Of a DNA stretch of 64,000 bases, positions 1 through 8,969 are shown in pieces; positions within the stretch are counted from its first letter, which is position 1; every line of letters begins with the position of its first letter. Under the pieces are notes generated by a model. The model worked only from the letters and a program-made list of their open reading frames with translations, did not search any database and was not told the origin of the DNA. Source of the DNA: an uncultured delta proteobacterium (GTDB lineage: Bacteria; Myxococcota_A; Polyangia; Polyangiales; Houyiibacteriaceae); assembly GCA_963699755.1 (NCBI GenBank), contig CAVOVB010000007.1, positions 352,001 through 416,000 on the forward strand, given 5' to 3'. Made by a program: the position numbers and the translations under genes.

Positions 1-62
1 CAAATCCGCGACTACCAGCCGAGGGAAGCCCGCGAAAACACCTCGCGCGACGAGGCAGCCTG

Positions 63-371
63 ATGAAACGGGCATTGATTCTGCTGCTCACGCTCGGCGC
101 GCTCCACGCGAGGCCCGCCGGAGCAGTCGACGGCGGCGTCGGCCCCCCTGAACCGGGGCCGCCAAGCGCCGAGCAAGACGAGCGATTGAACATCAACGAG
201 GCAGGGCCCGAGGAGCTGGTGAAGCTCCCGGGCATCGGCCCAAGCCGTGCCAAAGCGATCATCGCCGAGCGCGAAAAGCGCCGTTTTCGCCGCATCGAAG
301 ACATCCTTCGCGTGCCGGGTGTCGGCCGGAAGACGTTCGGACGAATTCGTCACGCGATCCGTGTGCGCTAG
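63..371 (+). CDS. comEA: ComEA-family helix-hairpin-helix DNA-binding protein
   Basis: Signal-like N-terminus, then LNINEA..EELVKLPGIGPSRAKAII..FRRIEDILRVPGVG tandem HhH motifs. Confidence 0.85.
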   Translation: MKRALILLLTLGALHARPAGAVDGGVGPPEPGPPSAEQDERLNINEAGPEELVKLPGIGPSRAKAIIAEREKRRFRRIEDILRVPGVGRKTFGRIRHAIRVR

Positions 372-411
372 GCGCTACCACCAAGCTGCCAAACGGCATA
401 GGTTCGGGCAC

Positions 412-900
412 ATGGCGCCAACGATCGAGGTGCGCGCTGCGGACGAATCCGACCGCAGCGTGCTGCTGGGCTTCCACCGGAGTCTCTATGAAGACCACCG
501 CGATGAGGTCGTTGCGGACCGAGACCGCCCGCTCATCGCGTACCGGGACTACGAACGGATCCTCAGCGACGATCTGCGGGCACTCTTGCGAGACCCCAAC
601 AGCCACATTCTGCTCGCCCAAGCCCAGGGCGTGGCTCTGGGCTACATCACCGGACGAATCACAGTAGAGCCTGGGCGTGTCTTGCCGCGCAAGGGCGTAG
701 TGGAAGATTGGTACGTCGCCCCGCAGTCGAGGGGCACCGGCGTGGGTGCTCTGCTGCTTCGCGAGCTCGAAGCACGGTTCGCTGCAGCCGGATGCCAGGT
801 GATCGAATCAGCCACTTGGGCGGCGAACGAAGGCGCAAGGCGGGCTCATGATGCGCTCGGGTTCCGTGAGATTCGGGTGATGTACCGAAAGCTGCTATAG
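412..900 (+). CDS. GNAT-family N-acetyltransferase
   Basis: Acetyl-CoA motif YVAPQSRGTGVGALLL and C-terminal NEGARRAHDALGF; start placed at ATG 412 (MAPTIEVR). Confidence 0.85.
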   Translation: MAPTIEVRAADESDRSVLLGFHRSLYEDHRDEVVADRDRPLIAYRDYERILSDDLRALLRDPNSHILLAQAQGVALGYITGRITVEPGRVLPRKGVVEDWYVAPQSRGTGVGALLLRELEARFAAAGCQVIESATWAANEGARRAHDALGFREIRVMYRKLL

Positions 901-902
901 TC

Positions 903-1086
903 GCCAGGAGGTGCCGGTGTGACCGTTTAGGGAAGCCAATGCCGAGCGCCATCGGACTCGAAGTCGATGACGCCCGATGGCCTGCCCAAAGACCAGGTCG
1001 GATACCAGGCTTCGATCGGGAGCGTTCGTCTCCGCGCGCTGTCGGTGAGGCTCGCCGTGAGAACCCCCATTGACGCGAGCCCTGGC
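903..1086. ncRNA. Candidate structured RNA of unknown family between convergent genes
   Basis: Nested complementary segments 903-908/1081-1086, 932-937/1008-1013, 948-955/974-981 and 1050-1055/1075-1080; no recognisable family consensus. Confidence 0.25.
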
Positions 1087-1126
1087 TCCGCGTCCGCTTG
1101 GGGGGCCGGTGTACTCGAGAAGGCGG

Positions 1127-1699
1127 TCAGTGGACAGCGGGGCGTAGGGGCAAGCCGTCGACGATTGTCGCTTCCGCGTCGAGCAGCTCATCCAGCCTCG
1201 CCTGCACTCGGGCCGCAGGGAAGTATTCCTTCGCCAGGCGCACGAACAAGCCGTGGTGCCTGGCCTCCGAGCGGGTGATCTCCGCATAGAAGTTCTTGAG
1301 CGGCCCCGGTTCGAGAGCGTCGGCGACCATGCCGAAGCGCTCGCAGCCCCGCGCCTCGACGATTCCCAATACTAGCAATCGATCGAGAAAATACTGCTCA
1401 GGGCCACGCTTGATCAGCCCTATCAGGGCGCCGACGTACGGGTCCTTCTCGTCCGCCCGCGTCGATAGACCCCGGTCGAGGATGATCGCCATTACTTGCG
1501 CATAGTGCTCGAGCTCTTCCTGAGCGAAGGGAATCAGCTCGCGGACGAGCAGAGTGCGGTTCGAGTAGTGAGCCACCAGCTTGAGTGCCGTCGCTGAAGC
1601 CTTTCGCTCACAAGCGGCGTGGTCGACCAGAAACGAATCGAAGTCGCCGAGAACGACGTCGATCCAGGAGGGGTCGGTGGCGGTTCGCAAACGGAGCAT
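1127..1699 (-). CDS. miaE: tRNA-(ms2io6A37) hydroxylase, ferritin-like di-iron enzyme
   Basis: DHAACERKAS, EELEH, IVEARGCERF and SEARH di-iron motifs. Confidence 0.9.
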   Translation of the reverse strand: MLRLRTATDPSWIDVVLGDFDSFLVDHAACERKASATALKLVAHYSNRTLLVRELIPFAQEELEHYAQVMAIILDRGLSTRADEKDPYVGALIGLIKRGPEQYFLDRLLVLGIVEARGCERFGMVADALEPGPLKNFYAEITRSEARHHGLFVRLAKEYFPAARVQARLDELLDAEATIVDGLPLRPAVH

Positions 1700-1706
1700 C
1701 GTCGCT

Positions 1707-2345
1707 CTAGGCGCGGAGCGCGTCGAGAATCGGCTGAATCTGGCTTCGACGAAGCTTCAGCGCTGCGCGGTTGGCGATCACCACTGAGCTGATGTCGGCG
1801 ATCTTCTCCAAGGGAATCAGTCCGTTTTGGCGAAGGGTCTCACCGGTTTCGACCAGGTCGACGATCACGTCGGCGAGGCCGGTCAAGGGACCGAGCTCGA
1901 CCGAGCCCTGGCAGAAGATCAGCTCGACCGGGGTGCCCTTCTCTCGGAAGTATTGCTCGGCGATGTGAGGGAACTTGGTGGCGACGCGGAGGGGACGTTC
2001 TCCTTTGCCGGCGAGCGGCTCCTTTGAGAGACCGCAGACCATCATCTGGCATTTGCCGATATCGAGATCGACCGGTACGAAGACGTCGTAGTTGCGCTCC
2101 ATCATCACGTCCCGGCCCACGATACCGAGGTCGGCCGCCCCATACTCGACATAGGTCGGGACGTCATCGGGCTTGAGCAGCAAGTAGCTCAGGCCGGTTT
2201 CCCTGTCCTCGCGGACGAGCTTACGGCTTTTCGAGGTCAGTGCCTCGGTTGGGATGCCGGCCTTTTCGAGCCTACTGCTCAGCTGCTCGAGAACGCGGCC
2301 CTTGGGAACTGCGATGACTATCGTATCTTTGTTGCGTCTAGGCAT
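1707..2345 (-). CDS. hisG: ATP phosphoribosyltransferase (short form)
   Basis: [56 protein letters not shown]; start overlaps the murA stop. Confidence 0.95.
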   Translation of the reverse strand: MPRRNKDTIVIAVPKGRVLEQLSSRLEKAGIPTEALTSKSRKLVREDRETGLSYLLLKPDDVPTYVEYGAADLGIVGRDVMMERNYDVFVPVDLDIGKCQMMVCGLSKEPLAGKGERPLRVATKFPHIAEQYFREKGTPVELIFCQGSVELGPLTGLADVIVDLVETGETLRQNGLIPLEKIADISSVVIANRAALKLRRSQIQPILDALRA

Positions 2346-3603
2346 CGCCAGGTACTCGCTCGATCTGGGCTCCGAGCGGAGCCAGCTTCTGCTCGATGTG
2401 CTCATAGCCCCGATCGAGGTGATAGACCCGCCGAACGTAGGTGGTGCCCTCGGCAACCAACCCCGCCAGGACCAGCGAAGCGCTTGCTCGGAGATCGGTG
2501 GCCATCACCTCCGCGCCCTCGAGTCTATCGACACCTTGTACGGTCGCCGTCCGTCCTTGGACTTGGATTTTGGCACCCATCCGGTTGAGCTCCGAAACGT
2601 GCATGAAGCGGTTCTCGAATACCGTTTCGGTGATTCGGCTGGTGCCCTTTGCCAGACACATCAACATCATGAATTGGGCTTGCATGTCGGTCGGGAACCC
2701 AGGGTGTGGCAGTGTGATCACGTCGGTTGGGCGGATCGGGCGTGACCCCACGACGCGGATTCCATCGCCTTCGCGCTCCACCACTGCACCGGCTTCCCTG
2801 AGCTTTGCGATCACCGCTTCGAGGGGCTCGAAGCCCACGCCGCGCACAAGCACGTCCCCACCCGTCGCGGCGGCGGCAACCATGAAGGTCCCCGCTTCGA
2901 CCCGATCGGGAATGATCGCGTGGTCGATCGGATGGAGCGATTCGACACCTTCGATGGTGATGACCGAAGTGCCGGCGCCTTCGATTCGCCCACCCATCTT
3001 GTTTAGGACCCGCGCCAGCTCTTCGACCTCTGGTTCGCGAGCACAGTTGCTGAGCGTACTGCGGCCCTTGGCCAGGACCGCTGCACACATGAGGTTCTCG
3101 GTCCCGGTGTGAGTCGGAAAGTCCAGGCTGATGTCGGAGCCTTTGAGTCGCCCGCTCGGAACCGTGACCTCGACGTAGCCATGGTGCAGCTCGACCTTGG
3201 CGCCCATCGCGGAGAGTCCCTTTAGATGCTGGTCGATCGGTCGGGCTCCAATCGCGCAGCCGCCCGGCATGGAGACCACGGCACGACCGCAGCGCGCAAC
3301 CAATGGACCGAGCACCAGAACCGAGGCGCGCATCTGCTTCACGAGATCGTAGGGGGCGGTAGGTTCGATTGCGCCAGACAGGCTGACCTGAACCCGACCG
3401 TCCTCGTACTTCGCGTGCGCACCGAGCCGCTCGAGGAGCTGCGTCATCGTATGGACGTCGCGCAGGTTGGGTACGTTTCGAAAGACGTGCTCCCCGTCGG
3501 CTAAGAGGGCCGCCGTCATGATCGGCAGGGCTGCGTTCTTCGCGCCACTGATGGCCACGGAGCCGGCGAGCCTTTTTCCCCCCACGATTCGGATGCTATC
3601 CAC
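2338..3603 (-). CDS. murA: UDP-N-acetylglucosamine 1-carboxyvinyltransferase
   Basis: [53 protein letters not shown]. Confidence 0.97.
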   Translation of the reverse strand: MDSIRIVGGKRLAGSVAISGAKNAALPIMTAALLADGEHVFRNVPNLRDVHTMTQLLERLGAHAKYEDGRVQVSLSGAIEPTAPYDLVKQMRASVLVLGPLVARCGRAVVSMPGGCAIGARPIDQHLKGLSAMGAKVELHHGYVEVTVPSGRLKGSDISLDFPTHTGTENLMCAAVLAKGRSTLSNCAREPEVEELARVLNKMGGRIEGAGTSVITIEGVESLHPIDHAIIPDRVEAGTFMVAAAATGGDVLVRGVGFEPLEAVIAKLREAGAVVEREGDGIRVVGSRPIRPTDVITLPHPGFPTDMQAQFMMLMCLAKGTSRITETVFENRFMHVSELNRMGAKIQVQGRTATVQGVDRLEGAEVMATDLRASASLVLAGLVAEGTTYVRRVYHLDRGYEHIEQKLAPLGAQIERVPGDA

Positions 3604-3642
3604 GACGCCCCCTGTTACCCCGAGGCCCCGCTTCGGGCAACT

Positions 3643-4296
3643 TCAGGCGAAGAGCAGTCCAAGCGCAAACGCGACGAAACCGACCAGGGCGCCCCAAAGC
3701 GGGCCTCGGGCAGAAGGCCACTGAAAGCGTCCGGCCGAATCGAAGCCGCGCCGCGCCATCAGGACCAACGCACCAACCCAGACGGCCGTTCCCAATAGGA
3801 GCAGCGTGCCCCAGAGCGGAGCGGGGGATCCTTGCTCGCTCAGAAGTCGGCGATGGTCGGCGGCGAGCTGCTCGGTGCCTAGGCCTGCGTCGATGGCGGC
3901 GCCCCGATCCAGGGACATCAGGCGCGCGATCTGGTCGTTTGCATTCTCGCGCTCAGGATCGCTGCCCGAATAGAGGGTTCGGGTCGCCGCAATTCCGCCC
4001 GAGAGCGACCGCCATGCCAAGAGCGCGCCAAGCGAATCACCCTCGGCCTCCAGCTCCGTGGCGAGGGACGCCAATCCGGAAATCGCTTCCGCGGTGTATG
4101 GGCTCAGTGGCAGAGACCAACGAATGGCGCGGCGGTAGTGCTCGATGGCACGGCCGGCCTGACCCTCTTCACGGTAGGCGTTTGCTGCGGCGAGCTCGGT
4201 GCGAGACTCCGTTACGACGCGTCCTACCAGCAGTCCGAGCAGAGAGATGCTCACAATCCCAGCGACGATCGGAGAACGCCCGCAGTAGGTCTTCAC
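3643..4296 (-). CDS. Hypothetical membrane protein with TPR-like helical region
   Basis: GTG start overlapping the upstream stop (GTGA); N-terminal TM, helical repeat-like middle, two C-terminal TM segments. Confidence 0.65.
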   Translation of the reverse strand: MKTYCGRSPIVAGIVSISLLGLLVGRVVTESRTELAAANAYREEGQAGRAIEHYRRAIRWSLPLSPYTAEAISGLASLATELEAEGDSLGALLAWRSLSGGIAATRTLYSGSDPERENANDQIARLMSLDRGAAIDAGLGTEQLAADHRRLLSEQGSPAPLWGTLLLLGTAVWVGALVLMARRGFDSAGRFQWPSARGPLWGALVGFVAFALGLLFA

Positions 4297-5228
4297 AGGA
4301 AGTCTCTGCGACGGAAAATCAGCCCAGCAACGATGAGCGCGGCTGCGGCGTAGAGGACCGCGTAACCCATCGAGGTTGCAACGTAGGTCAGCGGTCCCCC
4401 GTACTCGGCCGTCTTGGTCACTAGGGTGTTTCGACCGGGGACGAAGAGATTGAAGTTGGGCAAGAACTCGGCCAGCCAGCGCAGTAGCGTTTTCATGGCT
4501 GGGCTCAGAACCCGGGTCTCCATGGCCACCATGTCGTGTGCAGCCCGGCCGACCAGCCAAACCCCGAAGGTGAAGGCACCTGTCAGAAACGGCGTTGAAA
4601 ATGAAGAGAACAGGAGTGCTACAGCCGTCAGGATGAGCACCTCGCCCAGACTCAACAGCAAGGAAGCGAGCAACTGGGGGATCTCGACGTCGACGGTCGA
4701 GCAAACCCACGCCGATGCGCCCAGCGCGACCAGGGACCAAATCGGCACCACGAGCGTCCGGTCCTTGGCAACTAGAGATGCAAGGCCCAGGCTCACGAGT
4801 AAGGCGGCGGGCGCGGCGATCACGAGCGCGCTCGACGCGTCCGCCTGAACGGAGGCGACCAGCAACTGGAGCGCCCCCATGATTGCGATGAACACGGCAC
4901 AGGTCGCAACGATTCCGAAATACTTGCCGAGCAGGAACTCGAATCGCGCAATCGGTTTTGGGAGAATGACGTACAGCGTTTTGCGCTCGATCTCCTTGTA
5001 GAGGAGCGAGGAGCCGAGAAAGATCGAGACCAGCACCGAAAAGAGCGAGATCGACGCGAGCCCCAGATCGGTGACGACTCGCATCTGTTGATCGAGCGAA
5101 AGCTCCCCGAGCGCCAAGGTCAGGCCGAGGACAGCCGCCGCGAGCACCAGAACGCCAAACAAGACCCGGTCACGCACCGCCTCGCGGTAGGTGTTCAGAG
5201 CGATGGCATAGATTCTCGCAATGCTCAT
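4293..5228 (-). CDS. ABC-2 type transporter permease (PilI-like)
   Basis: IALNTYREAVRDR, KEIERKTLYVILPKPIARFEFLLGKY, C-terminal FRRRDF; ATG 5228 overlaps the upstream stop. Confidence 0.85.
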   Translation of the reverse strand: MSIARIYAIALNTYREAVRDRVLFGVLVLAAAVLGLTLALGELSLDQQMRVVTDLGLASISLFSVLVSIFLGSSLLYKEIERKTLYVILPKPIARFEFLLGKYFGIVATCAVFIAIMGALQLLVASVQADASSALVIAAPAALLVSLGLASLVAKDRTLVVPIWSLVALGASAWVCSTVDVEIPQLLASLLLSLGEVLILTAVALLFSSFSTPFLTGAFTFGVWLVGRAAHDMVAMETRVLSPAMKTLLRWLAEFLPNFNLFVPGRNTLVTKTAEYGGPLTYVATSMGYAVLYAAAALIVAGLIFRRRDFL

Positions 5229-5836
5229 GAGCCCGTCCAGTATGCACGCCCGGTCACGAAATGGCTGAGTACATTGATGGCCATCAGCAAGATCACCGCG
5301 GAGACCAAGGTAGCGCCGACTTCGAGCCAACGTGAACTTTCGGGAAGGCGGCCGATGCCCCAAGCGCGAAACGACGCCGCGATTCCTTGCGACAGGAAGA
5401 GACCGAGCGCGCCGAACCCGAGGAGATAAAAGGCGAGAACGACGGGCTGTGACAAAAATCCGCGCAGGAGCTCGTACTGGCTGAGCGCGATCGGCCCGAC
5501 GCGGACCGTCATGAACCATCCCAGGGCCAGGTGAGCGACCACGAGACCCCAGGCGAGCCCGCCCGCGATCTTCTGCAATTGCAAGCCGCGAGACGAACCA
5601 TACGGGCCAGCACTCTCAGGGGGCTCCAGCCGGGGAATGCTCCAACCGCGCGCGTAGGCGCCGAGTGAGCCCAAGACGAGCAGGGTGCAAGCCAGAAGCG
5701 AGGACCAGCTTGCGGGTGACGCTGTAGCAAATGAGCTCGCGCCGCGAATCGCGGGCCAGAGTCGGAGCAGCTCCAACAGGAAAAGGACGGCGAGGGGCCA
5801 GACGGTAAGAGCGACGTGGCTGCGATAGCGCGGCAT
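5225..5836 (-). CDS. Membrane protein resembling a degenerate succinate dehydrogenase cytochrome b558 (SdhC-like)
   Basis: About 5 TM; LQKIAGGLAWGLVVAHL and FYLLG..LFLSQGIAASFRAWGI echo Bacillus-type SdhC helices, but most heme His ligands are absent. Confidence 0.55.
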   Translation of the reverse strand: MPRYRSHVALTVWPLAVLFLLELLRLWPAIRGASSFATASPASWSSLLACTLLVLGSLGAYARGWSIPRLEPPESAGPYGSSRGLQLQKIAGGLAWGLVVAHLALGWFMTVRVGPIALSQYELLRGFLSQPVVLAFYLLGFGALGLFLSQGIAASFRAWGIGRLPESSRWLEVGATLVSAVILLMAINVLSHFVTGRAYWTGS

Positions 5837-5874
5837 CGATGACTACCTATCGCTCCACAGTTTCTCCGGTCAAT

Positions 5875-6786
5875 TTACTTCAGTACCCGGGGCTGTCTCG
5901 AGCCGTCGGTCCGCTGCCGGAGGCCGAGAAGTGTGAGCGGCTCCTCTGACAACGTCATCCGAACCCGGTCACCAATCCCGATTGCGTACACTTTCTGTGT
6001 CCCGTCGAGGAAGATCCGGCCCCTGGTCATGCGGCTGGTGATCTCGAGCGCCTCGCCCCTCGAGAACATGCCTTTGACGAGTCGATACTTGTTGTTGACG
6101 CCACGGTAGGGCTCGCGAATGACGAACTGTATTTTCTGCGAACCTATCGGTAGCACCTTCCCGCCAGCCGAGCGAAGCGCGGCCGTCGAACCTGCAGCAG
6201 GGCCAACCCAAACCCCACTCGACATTTGACGTTCTTGATCGCCGTCGAAAGCCAGAATGTACCGGGACGTCGCAGCGGGGCTCTCGTGACAATAGAGCGC
6301 ATCGTTGAGCACGCGCGTCGAGATGAGCTTGTCCCCCACATCGACCCGCATCCGCGCAAGACGACTCGACTTAAGACTTCCATCGAGCGCAGCGGCCAGC
6401 ACTTCATGAACGTTGTGCCCGTCTCCAGCACAGAAATAGCCGACGCTGGTGTCTGGCGCGCTATTGATGGCCAACATCGGTGTGGAGGAGTTCGCAAGAT
6501 GGGAAGCCCACAGGAGCGTCCCGTCGCCTCCGAGCGTGACGATGAGGTCCCAGCCGCTCTCCTCTGGCATCGGCTCAGGGCGGTATCGAAGGATCGCGCG
6601 CGCTCCTAAATCACGAAGCGCCTTCTTTGCCCGTTGCAGGGTTGCCTGATGGATCTCGTGCTCGTGGAGTAGGCCTTCGACGGACACATCGCTGTGCTCG
6701 ATCAGCTCCTCGAGCCGTGCCTGCGCGCGACCCACATAGCGTTGGTAGGTGCTCTTCTTGTAGACGACGAGAACTCTAGGTCGCAT
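5875..6786 (-). CDS. nadK: NAD(+)/NADH kinase
   Basis: IVTLGGDGTLL, VLND, SSGVWVGPAAGSTAALRSAGG. Confidence 0.85.
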   Translation of the reverse strand: MRPRVLVVYKKSTYQRYVGRAQARLEELIEHSDVSVEGLLHEHEIHQATLQRAKKALRDLGARAILRYRPEPMPEESGWDLIVTLGGDGTLLWASHLANSSTPMLAINSAPDTSVGYFCAGDGHNVHEVLAAALDGSLKSSRLARMRVDVGDKLISTRVLNDALYCHESPAATSRYILAFDGDQERQMSSGVWVGPAAGSTAALRSAGGKVLPIGSQKIQFVIREPYRGVNNKYRLVKGMFSRGEALEITSRMTRGRIFLDGTQKVYAIGIGDRVRMTLSEEPLTLLGLRQRTDGSRQPRVLK

Positions 6787-6822
6787 GCATGACTCGTCGT
6801 GAGGTTCGCGACTCGCGGCGCC

Positions 6823-7200
6823 TTACCCGGTCGGGATCTTCTTTGCGTCGGCCAGGAACCGCTCCAGGCCGATGTCTGTGAGCGGATGCTTCATCACGAC
6901 GTGCGGAATCGTCGCAACCTGGGCGCCGATGAGCGCGGCATGAAGGGGATGACGGACGACGATGTTCTGGTGCATCTTCCCGAGGAACGGCGCCTCTTCG
7001 AGCATTCCGGCGTAGTCGGTCGCATTGACCTCCGTGCTCATCGGCCCGTCAACGAGTTCACGAACGTCGACGAGCACGTCTTCTAAGGGTCGCCCGGTCT
7101 TGGCAACGAGCGACGGATTGCCGGTCACGCCATCGATGACGCCCATGGCCGCGGCATCGCGGATCTCCCCGATGTCCGCGGCGTCGATGAGAATCTGCAT
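6823..7200 (-). pseudogene. Internally deleted transaldolase / fructose-6-phosphate aldolase (short TalC/Fsa type), ORF still open
   Basis: N-terminal IDGVTGNPSLVAK..VDGPMSTEV..NIVV fused directly to C-terminal RHPLH..ATIP..KHPLTDIGLERFLAD; the Schiff-base Lys segment is missing; 125 aa versus about 215 typical. Confidence 0.8.
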
Positions 7201-7283
7201 GGCGCTAGTAAAGGGCCGCGGACTCGCAGGGTCAAGCGGAGCCTGTACCAGGTCAGAACGCCACCGAGAAAGCCAGAACCCTC

Positions 7284-7439
7284 TCACTCCACGATTTCCA
7301 GCTCGATCTCCTCGTCGTCGCTTGCGGCTGGCGGCTCGTTCGCGGGCTCTCTCTGAGAGCAGACGACCAAGGTCGCGAGAACGGCCGCAATCAGCCACAA
7401 TAAGATGCCCCCAGGGGTCCATTTGCTTTTCGCGCGCAA
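7284..7439 (-). CDS. Small (51 aa) membrane protein or lipoprotein not in the ORF track
   Basis: TTG start with GAGGA upstream; MRAKSKWTPGGILLWLIAAVLATLVVCSQREPANEPPAASDDEEIELEIVE has a basic N-terminus, hydrophobic helix, Cys and acidic tail. Confidence 0.55.
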   Translation of the reverse strand: MRAKSKWTPGGILLWLIAAVLATLVVCSQREPANEPPAASDDEEIELEIVE

Positions 7440-7508
7440 CGCGAAGTCCTCTCGAGGGCGGTTTTGTCGCGGTATTGAAGATTAGGCAACCGAGCTCGTC
7501 CAAACGGC

Positions 7509-8750
7509 ATGCGCAGATTTCTGACAGTTTTCATCGTCTTATTGGCGTGGAGCGGCGCCGCGTTCGCCGAGAACAAGAGCGGCAAGGTCGATGCCTCAGC
7601 GGCAGGGCTTGGCGCGCTCAACGTGGAAGAACGTGCGCTGCTCGCGCCATACCTGGCTCACGGCCCCGTATTGCTAACCGAGTTCCAGAATCGGCAGACC
7701 GACCTTCCCGCGGTGATTTACGCGGCACGCATCCAAGCTTCCCCAGAAACGGTCGCCGGGGTGATCGGAAAACCGGCGGACTACCCGGGCTTCATGAACG
7801 CCCTGACTTCGGTCGAGATCCGTGCGGTGAACGGACAGATGACGGCCTTCGACTGGAGCTGGGGAGTCACGCTGTTCTCGCTCAGCGGCCAGAACGTGAT
7901 GACGAGCTACCCGGGCGATCCGGTTCGGGGGTACCGCTTCGACATCCGGACGACCGGTGGGGACCTCGGCATCGGACGCGTGATGTGGCGCGTCTACCCC
8001 GACGGCCCCGGCAGGTCCCTCGTTGTCTTTTCTTCGCGGCTCGACATGCGCAACGCAAACTACATTACCCGTCAGCTCGCGTCCGAAGGCAACGCCGTAA
8101 ACCGAACGGTCAACGTTGCGGTAGCCATGGTGACCCTGCTCGAGGTCAAGTCCGAGGCCGAGCGTCGCGCGGGCACGGCCATCGACGGGGTCTACGCAAC
8201 CAAGCCACTTCGTAGGCCGAAGGTCGACATGACTGCGCTGCATGCGCTCCTCGGGCGCGGAGACCTGGTGCTCATGGACATGGACGGGGAGACACTGCAC
8301 AGCGTTGCCGTCGTGGGCCGCACGGGCTCGAGCGAGAGGCGGGTGCGCCGGGTGATGTATGACCCTGAGGAGTTCGGGAAGTCACTACTCCACGGAACCT
8401 GCGCAAAGGTAGTGGAGCGCAGCGAGAAGGGCGCGAGGTTCGAATGGGAGATTCCGATCCCGCTGCTCCACGTGGGTGGAGAGATGATCTTGCGGCCCAG
8501 CCCCAGCGTGGTCTCAGTGGATGGGATCTCGGGCACGCTCTCGAAAGGCCATTGGCGCTTCGATACGCATCGCTACCCGGGAGGGGAAGCAGGGGTCCTC
8601 GCCTGGGCGACCTTCGACCCGGCAGACTCCCCCAAGCTCATTCGGAAGCTCATCGCTGGGAACACGCATTTCTCCCACGGCTTCGTCGCTGCGACCCAGC
8701 TCGCGGTGATGCGCTCGCTCCGGACCCGGGTGCACCTGCTCGGCCGCTAG
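7509..8750 (+). CDS. Secreted protein with two putative START/SRPBCC-like domains
   Basis: Signal peptide (AAFA-E); two repeats resembling helix-grip folds (IQASPETVAGVIGKPADYPGFM..GDL..WRV and SSERRVRRVMYDPEEFGKSL..GTL..WRF). Confidence 0.6.
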   Translation: MRRFLTVFIVLLAWSGAAFAENKSGKVDASAAGLGALNVEERALLAPYLAHGPVLLTEFQNRQTDLPAVIYAARIQASPETVAGVIGKPADYPGFMNALTSVEIRAVNGQMTAFDWSWGVTLFSLSGQNVMTSYPGDPVRGYRFDIRTTGGDLGIGRVMWRVYPDGPGRSLVVFSSRLDMRNANYITRQLASEGNAVNRTVNVAVAMVTLLEVKSEAERRAGTAIDGVYATKPLRRPKVDMTALHALLGRGDLVLMDMDGETLHSVAVVGRTGSSERRVRRVMYDPEEFGKSLLHGTCAKVVERSEKGARFEWEIPIPLLHVGGEMILRPSPSVVSVDGISGTLSKGHWRFDTHRYPGGEAGVLAWATFDPADSPKLIRKLIAGNTHFSHGFVAATQLAVMRSLRTRVHLLGR

Positions 8751-8968
8751 TCCCCCTCCTCGAGCTCGTCCACAGCAGCGTCCCGCCCCAGCTCGACCCG
8801 CTCCTCGTTCGCAGAGCTCAGCGAAACGGTCGAACCCGAATCGACACCGCCATCGACGCCGGAATCGAGCAGCAGGCTCCGGTCGAAATCGATGACTAGC
8901 GAGCAGCCGCCAGCCACGATGAAGAGCAAGGCGCCCATGGCGTTGATCGCAAAGCCGTATCGCGCCAT
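8747..8968 (-). CDS. Small lipoprotein
   Basis: Lipobox-like VAGGC-SLVIDFD and DSGVDGGVDSG linker typical of myxobacterial lipoproteins; abuts the upstream PEGA gene. Confidence 0.6.
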   Translation of the reverse strand: MARYGFAINAMGALLFIVAGGCSLVIDFDRSLLLDSGVDGGVDSGSTVSLSSANEERVELGRDAAVDELEEGD

Positions 8969-8969
8969 G

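Noticed and set aside
909..945. Cobalamin- or lysine-riboswitch-like words (AGGTGC..AGGGAAGCC..GCCGA)
   Set aside because: Core motifs and spacing do not fit, and there is no downstream co-oriented gene to regulate
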